64,000 nt of DNA from positions 68,902-132,901 of the forward strand of contig NMRA01000262.1 of NCBI GenBank assembly GCA_002633005.1. The letters are read 5' to 3'. The first letter of the stretch is position 1, and the number at the start of each line of letters is the position of its first letter. The notes under the pieces were generated by a model that saw only the letters and a program-made list of their open reading frames with translations, ran no database searches and was not told the origin of the DNA. Positions 29,901 to 38,133 of the stretch are shown one piece after another. The position numbers and the translations under genes are program-made. Source of the DNA: Phoronis australis. Lineage: Eukaryota; Animalia; Phoronida.

Positions 29901-32900
29901 CTGATTGGCTGCATCCTGTGGAGATTTCAGTTGAACCAGATTTCTGAATTCAAACTAAAAGGGCGCCAGGAATGAGTTTGAAGATTGTTGACGTTTTTCT
30001 CACAAATATTGTGAAATTACTGAACAGTTTGCCTGCAAGTCAAACAGAAGGGATCCTGGACTGAACTTGTGTGTTAATATGCTTAAGGTTAGTACATTTC
30101 ATACATCTAGCAGAGTGCATGAAGCACGAGTATTAGACTGACATCCCATGTTGTAAGCTGACTTTTTTGTATTTTGCTGATTCACCAAAGGCCTTAAAAT
30201 TGTTAGTTTACGTCTGTTATATTTCACAATTTGCAATTAAATTGTATCGAGTCAAATTTCAAGATAAACTCACAAAAATAACAAGTGTTTTGGTTACCTG
30301 TAAATCTTTGAACACTCGTCTATTCATTCAGTGGCAAGTGCACACACAAAATTTTCTAAGTTCAAAATTCTAACCCAGTGAGATTTTTACTCAGTGAGAA
30401 TTTCAGTAAAGCAATTTCTCACTAATTTGCATAGCATTCTAACTCGCAATTTCAGTCAAACAAATTCTCACTGAGTGGGAATGCTATGCAAAGTAATTAG
30501 ATTCTCACTGAATTCTATCTGGAATATCACTGTATTCTCACTAGAGTGAGACTTTTTTCTCACTAATTTGAATGACATCTCAATTAGTTAGATTCTCATG
30601 CACTGGAATCCAGTGAGATTCTCACTGGCTTTCGGGATGAGAATTATTCCTTAACTTTTTCATATCATTTGCAGTGCAGTTGTGACTGCATTTCAACGCT
30701 ATGCGTTGTTCTTGTTTGGTAATTATTTTTGTCCGAAATTGGTGACTAACCATGCATGCAGTACATACAGTTAGCTTACCATTGGAATTTTGTACTTAGG
30801 GACAAAGTACAACTTTTCTGTACCCGCAACGGGAACAGCGATAACAACACCTCTTTTGGGACAGCTGTATCCAAGGACAGTTTATGATGTCTATGTTACG
30901 GCCGTCACGCGGTACAAGGATGGAGAAGCACCCACTGACTTCCAACGTCATCGTTTTAAAACCAAGTCAGTTGGTGAGTGTGCTGCACAGAATTTCTGGT
31001 AAAAGATTTACATGATTATGTTAGATTTCCTGTTGGACATTATGTATTTTAGACGTTATTTGTGTAGTATATTACTTGGGCTATGACTGGCAACACTTAC
31101 CAACATTACGGGCTCATCTTCCTTGCTCACAATGCCTTTGTTCTCTATCTCTGTCAATATATGCCTATGTTCTCTATTTCCCCCAATATATACCTTTGTT
31201 CTCTGTCTCTGTCAATATATGCCTATGTTCTCTATTTCCCCCAATATATACCTTTGTTCTCTATCTCTGTCAATATATGCCTATGTTCTCTATGTCCACA
31301 TTTTACACTCTGTTTCTAGTGAAGTCTCACCAAGTTAGGGTGCCGTAATATGCCATAAATATGAAATTCAGTTTTTCAACCACTTAGCATCAAATAAATG
31401 ATTCATGGTTTTTGTAGCATTTACAGCTACCATCCTGCTATGTATTGTCATTGGTGAGATTTCCCTGTGCCTGTATAGCTGAGCGTATATTGAAAACACC
31501 TTGTAAAATTGAATATACATATTGTGTTGGTTTTGAGAGAAATTCTGTGATATTTCAGATCTGCTGGTCCTTGTGAATGATGATGATCCTGGTACAGCCA
31601 ACATCTCGTTCACTTCCATGGCCTATCTTAATGACACGTTTGTTACTGCCATTTTGAAGCACAAGAAACTCTTGGGCCAAGTACTACGACCTAAACACGG
31701 CAATTCCGTCATCTTTTTCAAAGTCAAGTGTGATTCTGGTAAAAAAGTGAACATGGTCTTCAGACTTTTCACACGCACCCCTGGTGGTGGTAAACGGCAA
31801 CTGAGTGATGATTTCTCTGTGGAAATGTGCAGGGGGAAGCCTTTATCAACTGTGTTGCTCATTACTATTGTATTTAGTTGTGTTGTCATTGGAGGTCTTG
31901 TGGTGGCGCTGTGCATCTGGTTAGTAAGGTAAGTGTACAGGTTTGTGGATTCCTTTAGTACCCTCAGTCATCACAGGGTTAGTGCACTCAGTCATCACAG
32001 GGTCAGTACACTCAGTCATCACAGGGTCAGTGCACTCAGTCATCACAGGGTCACTACCCTCGGTCATCACAGGGTTAGTACACTCAGTCATCACAGGGTC
32101 AGTGCACTCAGTCATCACAGGGTCACTACCCTCAGTCATCACAGGGTTAGTACACTCAGTCATCACAGGGTCAGTACACTCGGTCATCACAGGGTTAGTA
32201 CACTCGGTCATCACAGGGTCAGTGCACTCAGTCATCACAGGGTCACTACCCTCAGTCATCACAGGGTTAGTACACTCAGTCATCACAGGGTCAGTGCACT
32301 AAGTCATCACAGGGTCACTACCCTCGGTCATCACAGGGTTAGTACACTCAGTCATCACAGGGTCGCATTTTGAGAACCAGTTTTCCTCACAAAGCTGGCA
32401 TCAAACTCACAGTGTGGGACCCTTATAACAGTTACTGTTGCAAAAATGCCAAAAATTATTGTTATGTAGGGGTGTAACTTTAATTACTCATGACTTTTAG
32501 TCTACAGTGCAGAACGATTTTCCAAGATATGGTGACAGTTTTTTGTAATGTTTAACACATTCTTGTAAAGGCATGACTCCAATTGCGTCCCTGGCTGAGG
32601 TGTTTGTTTTGTACCCAGTATTGGCTTTTATTATGACATTTTAACATGTGACTTTGGCTTGCGATCTTATATCAAAATGTTTCCAGGATTATGAATACAA
32701 AAATCCTCTGGAATAATGGTTTGAAACAGTCCAATTTTGAAAGCATTGCCAACCATGGCAAAGTCAATGACCCTTTTAATCTTTGCTTACTTGCTGGCAT
32801 GGAATCTAAAAGTTCGGAACATTGTGTCATTAATGACTTTATTAGTTGCCTCCAGTAAGTAGATACGAGTAAAAAGAGCAAGGTCACTCTGACTGTTCAC

Positions 32901-35900
32901 AGTGTTGGGTTTTTGTAGAGGTGTGCAGAAGGAGAAAAGAGTAATGAAGAAGGCGGCTATAACTATTCCTGGTGGCAAAGTAAGCGTTATAACTATTCCT
33001 GTAAATAAAGTGTTTGCAAACATTGCTTGAGCTCAATATTCCAGCACGACTACTTTTTCTCAATCTCGTTAATTTCATTCACACAAAGCTACCATTTGTG
33101 TTCGTCCACTGAATGTACTTGTCTGCTTCCACCTGTGTCTGTCTGTCTGCCCACGGCAGTCTTATGTGGGCTGAGAACCTTTTTAAATTTTATTTATTGT
33201 GAATTTCTGATAATTTTTTCCATTAATGTTGTGAACTGAACTCATGGTTTTTCCTTGGTTTACCCAGAACTGCTATGTGGAGGGATTGAAAGCCAGGGAT
33301 GAAGATGAAGACTATCAAGACGGTGAAGAAGGAAGAGAGGAAGAAGAAGATGAAGAGGGGGCTAACAGTGCCACGCCTTTGGTCAGCTCTGCACACCATG
33401 TTGATAACTGCAGTCATTTGATGGCTTCAGAACCGAGGTCTGGTCTCCATGACGTTAGTGCCCCAAGCATTGCGTGCCCATTAATTCTTGGCAGCACTGA
33501 CTCTGGATGTTGTGATGTTGCGATGTCAAGAGACACAGGTCATCCTGAGGTGTCTGATGGTTCAACATCACATGTTAACGGTGCACGGCCAGCAGTTGTT
33601 CAAGATAAGAATGGCTATGTACCACATTCGTCAATCAATGAGCAGACAGGTGAACTTCTTGAGCAGAAAGTGAACTTGTTGGAGTGTGTTGAAAAGAAAG
33701 ACTCCGGCAACTCCGGTCCGTTTTCCTACAAACCTGTGATGGTTATTGGTATGCCAGGTAATCACCTGTTTTTATGCAGCCACATTTATGTGTGGCCATG
33801 TGTTGTCATGTCTGCAGGCATAATGCTACAGACATCTGCTACTGGACCTCTGAAGTGCGTAACAAGATCTTCGCCAGTCCGGTACTGTAAGATTACCCTC
33901 TAATGATGGGCTCAAGCCATATCAAGTACGTTAGCAGTCGCTTTGGGGAGCTACTTTCTACAAGGCAATACATGTACGTGTAGTAGAGATGTGTAATTAT
34001 AGAAAGTACTTAAGTACTGGAATGGGGAAGATTTTACATGTGAATGACATGATCTAATATTTTGATTATCTTTCTGAGCCATTCTCTCATTTTTTCAACT
34101 CACACGGTTGTAATTAAAACAAAGAATTGGAAAGAAAACACAGGATTCATTTAACACTGTTTGATGAGCACAACTATACTATACAAAACCGAAACAAGAT
34201 GCTAACATATCGCATACATTTAAACCTACATGTACAGCAAAATTTCATTAAACTGATTTTTCCCTTTAGACAACAAACAGAACAACACATTCATTTGATA
34301 TTACCCAGGAATGACTCAGCAAGTGACAGGAAAAATCTGCATGTTCACACTGCGACATTACGCATAGTACGCAAAGTTTTGAAATTTTTGTGGAACTTTT
34401 ATAGTCAAAAGACATAATCGTTACCTTGTATTTAAAATCTATTTTATGGGGAATATAGCATTAGCAAACCAGAAAGCACAATGCTGTTTACACATAGTAC
34501 TACAAACTATGTGCAGTGATGGTTACATCACTAGCAAAATGTCGTAACTTCATTATTTGTGGGCCAATTTTTGTGTTTCAAAGAGGAAATTTGAAGGTTT
34601 TCCGTAATTAAGACATATATGCACAAACTTTTAAACATGGAAAAGCTAAAATAAACAAGAAGCAATATTTCAGTAGAGCCAGGTAGTTGTGTTGTTTGTA
34701 ACCCGAGTCGACAAAGCCAACTCGCTCAGCATGCTACCTTCTCACTAGCATTGGGGATAACTGAAGTAAGTCGGTATGTGCGAGAAATCGAAGAAAACTA
34801 CGCTAACCATATGGGCAACGGAGAGGTCCTGCCTTTCCTATTCTTGGCCTAATACTGATCCAAAACAGATGGCCTGATATTAGGGCTACTGCTAATGTAA
34901 TTGTTATAGCTTGAACCCATCATGAGATGGTAATCTTACATAACCAGATGGGAGGGCGAGTTAACTGTCTTGTGCTTTTTTGAGTTCCAATGTTTTGCCT
35001 TATGCGAAAACTAATCCAACTAGTGCTAAGTGGAAATTTTTCAAAAATGAGCACCGCTTTTGTCTTTGCCATTTGCGATGCACAAGTCAATACTCTGCAT
35101 TACTTTTGTTTGGCATTTTGAAAAATTTTTATGACATTTTAGCTTGTGTACTTATAATTTGAATATATTATATAGATGAGCCACTTAAAGCTACGTTTCC
35201 TAATCTGTTAAGTCGTCCAAGAAAACAATTTGGCAGGCCACTTTCCGTCTATACAAAATATAGTAAAGAATTTATATCCTTACCACTGTGTGACATCCTG
35301 TTGTTTAAGAGTTTCAGGATTGGTGTTGCAATAAATTGTGTTGTAAAATTTAGAGAGAAAACATTTTGTGTGCACAGGAAAGTAGTGAAAACAATTCCAG
35401 AATGGTTGAATTTGGTTTGATCAGATCCTTGAGGGTTCTTTGAAAAACTACAGGTATGTCTTCATGAGGTCAAAAAGCAGACCTACAAATCGTGGTGAAA
35501 AAGCCAGCCTTTCAATACCAAAACTTCTGAAACACACAACATTTTAATACCTTACTCAAAACAGTTGCAACCGAATGACTTGTGAATGACTTGTGACTCC
35601 ACTGGTACAATGGGTGTTACCAAGGAGCTCACTTCATTTTTATGCGCCCACATATATGTGGATGCATTATGCCGTCATCTCCGTCCGGCATTCGCTGTTC
35701 TATCTCCAAAAGGCCTTAACGTATGAAATTTTGCACATTTGTCTTCCGTGAGCGAACTTTCGGACGGATCTGACTACCGATGTGCCCCCTAGTGGCAATT
35801 TTAGTCTTTTACGTTTACTTCTGTATCTTCAAAAGTCCTGAAGGGATTTTCATAAAATTTGGTATATAGGCACCTATTAGTGAGGTGAAGCCATACTCTC

Positions 35901-38133
35901 GTTTTCAGATGGATTCGACATAGTTTGCACCACCTGGTGGCCATTTTCACTGTTTTCAACCAAACCGCTCAATGGATGATTGTAAAAATTGGCATGTATG
36001 CTCTTACTATAAAATCGACAGCTGACGATGATTTTCTGACGACTTCGACTACTGTGGCACCTCCTAGTGGCAGTTTTGTTTTTTTTGCGCCTATGGCTGT
36101 ATCTCCTAAACCGTGTGCATAATCTTTACTAAATTTAGTAAGGGCATTTATATAATGTTAACAACAGAGGACGACGACTTTCGGACAGATCTGACTACTG
36201 GTGTGCCACCTAGTGGCAATTTTATTTTTTACGTTTGCCTTTGTATATTCAACGTATTTTCATAAAATTTGGCATACCGCCATCTGTTAATGAGATGACG
36301 CTATCTCTTGGTTTTCAGATGGATTCGACCTAGTTTGCACCACCTAGTGGCCATTTTTACTGTTTTCGAATCTGTTTTTGGCGTCCACTCGTCTATCAAC
36401 CAAACCACTTTCAGGATAATTGGGAAAATTGGCATGTTTGTTTTTACTATGAAGTGGATGGCTGATTATGATTTTCCGAGGACCTATTAGTGAGATGACA
36501 CTGACCTCCCGTTTTCAGATGGATTCAAGGTAGTTTGCGCCACCTAGTGGCCATTTTACTGTTTTTGAGTCTGTTTTTTTTGCGTCAACCAAACCACTCA
36601 AGGGATGATTGTGAAAGTTGGCACGTGTGTTCTTACTATGAAGTGGACGGCTGATGATGATTTTCCGCTGATTTCGACTACTGTGGCCTCTCCTAGTGGC
36701 ATTTTTTTTGCGCCTATGGCTGTATCTTTTAAACCGTTCGAAGGATCTTTACCAAATTTTGTAAGTGTATTTATATGATATTGACATCAGATGACGATGA
36801 CGTTCTGACGGAGCTGACTACTGGTGTGTCACCTAGTGGCAATTTTATTTTTTTTGGTTTACCCCTGTATGTTCAAAGGTCCTCAATGTATTTTCATAAA
36901 ATTTGGCATACAGGTATCTGTTTATGAGGTGATGCTAATTTTCTGTTTTCAGATGGATTTGACCTAGTTTGCGCCACTTAGTGGTCATTTTTACTGTTTT
37001 CGAGTCTATCAACCAAACCGCTCTAATGATGACTGTGAAAATTGGTGTATATATGTTCTCATCGTGAAGCAGACTTTTGACGATGATGACTTCGACCAGT
37101 ATGGCGCCTCCTAGTGGTATTTTTGTTTTGTACCCATAGCTTTATCTCCTAAATCCACTGCAGGATCTGTATTAAATGTAGTAAGTACATTTATATTAAG
37201 TTGACTACAGACGACGATGACTTTTGGACGGATCTGCCTACCGGCGTGTCCCCTAGTGGCAATTCTAGTTTTTAAATTTACCTCAGTCTATCTTTCAGTG
37301 GTTTTCAACGGATTTTCATAAAATTTGGCGTATAGGCATCTAATAGTAAGATGACGCTATCCTCTCATTTTCGAATGATTTGAGGTAGTTTGCATCACCT
37401 TGTAGTCATTTTTACTGATTTCAAGTCTCTTTTTTGGCGTCGGCCCCTCAATTAAACAAAACACTCTAAGAATAGTTGTGAAAACTAGCATTTACAATCT
37501 TACTACAAAGAGGATGGTTGACGATGATTTTCCGACATCTTCGACTACTGTGGTGCCTCCTAGTGGCAGTTTTGTTTTACATTTTACTCTGCGTTTTTGA
37601 TGTATTTTGATGAAACTTGGCAAATACAATTCTATTAATGAGGCGATGATAGCTTTTTGTTTTCAGATGGATTTGATGCAGTGTACATCTCCTAGTAGCC
37701 AGTTTCATAAAATCATGTAACTTATTTATTTCAGGTCATAGAATGCATTTTTATTTCAGGTTTTGGAAGGGTGATAGCACTATTGAACTTCACTAAATTA
37801 CGATGTGCTTGTATTATGAAGATCACTCACATTTTGCCCGCAGTCTATTGAGGAGACAATGACCATGCCTTTCCATTTTGCAAAGTACAACATACTACAT
37901 ATATGCCCTCTACTGGCTACTTTATGGTACCAATAAACAACCTTAGAAGGATACCGTATAGGGTGCAATTGTGGGCGCATTTCAATGCTCTGCGTTGCTT
38001 TTGTTTGAAAGTTAAAGTACACATTAATGTAATGTCTCATCATTTTCCACTTCTAGACAAAAAGACCGTCCCTGACGAAGGTTATAGCAAGTATGGTCAG
38101 CAAGATGCATCGCAGAATGTCTCACTTGTGTAG
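4973..38133 (+). CDS. Class I cytokine receptor, gp130/Domeless-like (spliced gene, 18 coding exons found, 5' signal-peptide exon missing)
   Basis: Exons 4973-5139, 8151-8313, 10504-10649, 12255-12408, 15479-15617, 18947-19131, 20003-20175, 22042-22192, 23047-23132, 23499-23715, 24919-25049, 25658-25838, 26475-26627, 30800-30973, 31559-31928, 32919-32979, 33268-33757, 38057-38133. All have AG/GT boundaries and continuous phases (3218 nt, open to TAG). Protein: two Ig domains (DTGSYSC, DKGYYVC), a cytokine-receptor homology module (PTSPTDHRCISYNFHSLNCTF; four Cys; YWSAP), three FN3 domains (e.g. WQDIPPWLRNGKIECYEV, compare gp130 LPPFEANGKILDYEV), TM (VLLITIVFSCVVIGGLVVALCIWLV) and a Tyr-motif tail. 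Confidence 0.88.
5481..5606. repeat. Minisatellite, 30-bp unit x ~4
   Basis: caattttaggcatagcatggtggacaagtg. Confidence 0.95.
6944..7230. repeat. Tandem repeat, ~100-bp unit x 3
   Basis: tcatgaagttagggacaa...ggagaggggtagggg recurs at ~6944, ~7045 and ~7144. Confidence 0.9.
8151..8313 (+). CDS. Receptor exon: Ig domain 1, C-half (...LSVQNVAFSDTGSYSC...)
   Basis: ttggtttcag| acceptor and |gtgagt donor; phase 0-1; DxGxYxC Ig motif. Confidence 0.88.
8901..9441 (-). mobile_element. 5'-truncated non-LTR retrotransposon (LINE) 3' end
   Basis: ORF 9235-9429 (-) CPECGTDVKTRKHLVESCPAFYRLR matches the CCHC zinc knuckle at the C-terminus of LINE ORF2. It is followed on the - strand by a 3' UTR and a (TTG)n(TTA)n tail at 8901-8955. 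Possible degenerate TSD taaatattacattaat / taaattatttcattaat. Confidence 0.7.
10504..10649 (+). CDS. Receptor exon: Ig domain 2, N-half (GIVTPEKSVYSYGANVTFKCNID...)
   Basis: cttttctag| acceptor and CAG|gtaagt donor; phase 1-0; absent from the ORF track. Confidence 0.85.
10720..11145. repeat. Minisatellite, 20-bp unit x ~21
   Basis: atataaacattaagctgacg. Confidence 0.95.
11672..12010. repeat. Minisatellite, ~49-bp unit x ~7
   Basis: tatttatgtaaacccacctttagcagagcgcaatatccaaacactcaaa. Confidence 0.95.
12255..12408 (+). CDS. Receptor exon: Ig domain 2, C-half (...LTNITFQDKGYYVC...)
   Basis: tttatttccag| acceptor and |gtaagt donor; phase 0-1; DxGxYxC motif. Confidence 0.87.
13431..14985 (-). 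mobile_element. Decayed Kolobok-like DNA transposon with THAP remnant
   Basis: ~155-bp imperfect TIRs (13431-13588 vs 14824-14985) flanked by TTAA (13427-13430 and 14986-14989); internal - strand THAP sequence. Confidence 0.78.
14256..14728 (-). pseudogene. THAP zinc-finger domain pseudogene (transposon-derived)
   Basis: MPHSSCVQGC...HHFPKDDTLRRTWL, then a stop and frameshift, then CGKYFLPKD...RLKKGAI. These match the THAP C2CH, FP, W and AVP-box pattern. Confidence 0.8.
15070..15335. repeat. Minisatellite, ~50-bp unit x ~5
   Basis: ctagtgaccagacaggttaggtaaggtatcctca... Confidence 0.9.
15479..15617 (+). CDS. Receptor exon: CHR domain D1, first half (GPTSPTDHRCISYNFHSLNCTF)
   Basis: ccaacag| acceptor and AG|gtcagc donor; phase 1-2; PxxP...C-x9-C pattern of class I cytokine receptors. 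Confidence 0.85.
16163..16430. repeat. Minisatellite, 53-bp unit x 5
   Basis: gtgactatggatgatatctggccaatggatggatttcaatgaaactgtacata. Confidence 0.95.
17130..18660 (+). mobile_element. Two adjacent HINE/DINE-1-like (Helentron-associated) repeat copies
   Basis: 5' hairpin tttttatgcacccacatatttatatgtgggtgcat at ~18016, core atctcctaaacccc...gaaattt, and internal cctagtggc-containing subunits shared with the other copies. Confidence 0.7.
18947..19131 (+). CDS. Receptor exon: CHR domain D1, second half (two Cys)
   Basis: ttattgtag| acceptor and G|gtaaga donor; phase 2-1. Confidence 0.82.
20003..20175 (+). CDS. Receptor exon: CHR domain D2 (FN3), first half (SSIMLSWLPP)
   Basis: ttatttgcag| acceptor and CAG|gtatga donor; phase 1-0. 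Confidence 0.87.
20243..21206. repeat. Near-perfect minisatellite, 40-bp unit x ~24
   Basis: cagtttgatgcatcaatcgtgtaggccagttgttacatcg; contains the palindrome ttgatgcatcaa. Confidence 0.98.
22042..22192 (+). CDS. Receptor exon: CHR domain D2, second half (LVPHTSYTISVKIKPQKSDYWSAP)
   Basis: ttctgtgcag| acceptor and G|gttcgt donor; phase 0-1; LxPxTxY FN3 motif and a degenerate WSxWS. Confidence 0.87.
23047..23132 (+). CDS. Receptor exon: first extra FN3, N-part (PAVSPLVPPGGFTFLHCDGCNMMRLYWQ)
   Basis: tttacatttaag| acceptor and CAG|gtttgt donor; phase 1-0. Confidence 0.8.
23499..23715 (+). CDS. Receptor exon: first extra FN3, C-part (DIPPWLRNGKIECYEV...VRNTVGLS)
   Basis: ccttacag| acceptor and A|gtaaga donor; phase 0-1; NGxIxxY and NxVGxS motifs of gp130/Dome FN3 domains. 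Confidence 0.87.
23958..24457. mobile_element. MITE with CAGGGCTTGGAAT terminal inverted repeats (hAT-like)
   Basis: cagggcttggaat ... attccaagccctg; flanks tactca/tattca; related copy at 48999-49229. Confidence 0.72.
24919..25049 (+). CDS. Receptor exon: second extra FN3, N-part
   Basis: cttttcag| acceptor and |gtgagt donor; phase 1-0; LLVLWNLP...YFC. Confidence 0.83.
25658..25838 (+). CDS. Receptor exon: second extra FN3, C-part (...YSGITWHC)
   Basis: aaatag| acceptor and G|gtaggt donor; phase 0-1; SGxxWxC resembles the Domeless-type motif. Confidence 0.82.
25960..26212. repeat. Minisatellite, ~29-bp unit
   Basis: tgtgtgcttgatatagtttgttcttgcat. Confidence 0.92.
26475..26627 (+). CDS. Receptor exon: third extra FN3, N-part (VTITWSPVGC...YIVNVC)
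   Basis: attatttcag| acceptor and G|gtaaac donor; phase 1-1. Confidence 0.85.
26785..27490 (+). mobile_element. HINE-like repeat copy (degenerate)
   Basis: Starts tttttatgcacccacctatttatattatagtgcat and contains ccccctagtggc subunits. Confidence 0.6.
27975..30717 (+). mobile_element. HINE-like repeat copy or copies, 3' end interrupted by a nested MITE
   Basis: Family 5' end at ~27975. The family 3' end (cacccctagaagca...tttgcagtgca...gttcttgtt) is split by the 29629-30664 insertion. Confidence 0.62.
29629..30664. mobile_element. Non-autonomous TIR element with inverted subterminal repeats (CACTA/EnSpm-like)
   Basis: Termini tatgaaaaag / ctttttcata; many gtgagaa(t/a) motifs in the left arm and their reverse complement (a/t)ttctcac in the right arm. 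Confidence 0.65.
30800..30973 (+). CDS. Receptor exon: third extra FN3, C-part (LYPRTVYDVYVTAVT)
   Basis: gtacttag| acceptor and G|gtgagt donor; phase 1-1; LxPxTxY motif. Confidence 0.87.
31135..31295. repeat. Tandem repeat, 59-bp unit x ~2.7
   Basis: cctttgttctctatctctgtcaatatatgcctatgttctctatttcccccaatatata. Confidence 0.88.
31559..31928 (+). CDS. Receptor exon: membrane-proximal ~95-aa domain plus transmembrane helix
   Basis: atatttcag| acceptor and AG|gtaagt donor; phase 1-2; ~25-aa hydrophobic stretch at the exon end. Confidence 0.87.
31958..32363. repeat. Minisatellite, 21-bp unit x ~19
   Basis: ctcagtcatcacagggt(t/c)agtaca. Confidence 0.95.
32919..32979 (+). CDS. Receptor exon: basic stop-transfer segment and Box1-position motif (RGVQKEKRVMKKAAITIPGGK)
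   Basis: tttttgtag| acceptor and |gtaagc donor; phase 2-0, as for Box1 exons of class I receptors. Confidence 0.78.
33268..33757 (+). CDS. Receptor exon: cytoplasmic region (acidic tract, YVPH, YKPV)
   Basis: tttacccag| acceptor and G|gtaatc donor; phase 0-1; lies within ORF 33244-33903. Confidence 0.82.
35636..38005 (+). mobile_element. Full-length HINE-like element with diverged internal tandem array
   Basis: 5' ttttatgcgcccacatatatgtgg hairpin and ccgtccg motif, ~150-bp subunits with cctagtggc, 3' gtgggcgcat (inverted copy of 5' atgcgcccac) ending ...ttttgtt. Confidence 0.75.
38057..38133 (+). CDS. Receptor terminal exon, copy 1 (DKKTVPDEGYSKYGQQDASQNVSLV*)
   Basis: ttccacttctag| acceptor; phase 1 matches the preceding donor; YxxQ (YGQQ) motif; TAG stop. 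Confidence 0.72.

Noticed and set aside
31921-32373. Repetitive ORFs (SHHRV / MTECT / HSVITG repeats)
   Set aside because: Translations of a 21-bp intronic minisatellite that is open in several frames.
37903-38056. 5' part of the 76-aa and 79-aa ORFs (also 43932-44094) as an independent small gene
   Set aside because: It overlaps the HINE 3' end and the intron; only the part after the AG acceptor fits the receptor reading frame.
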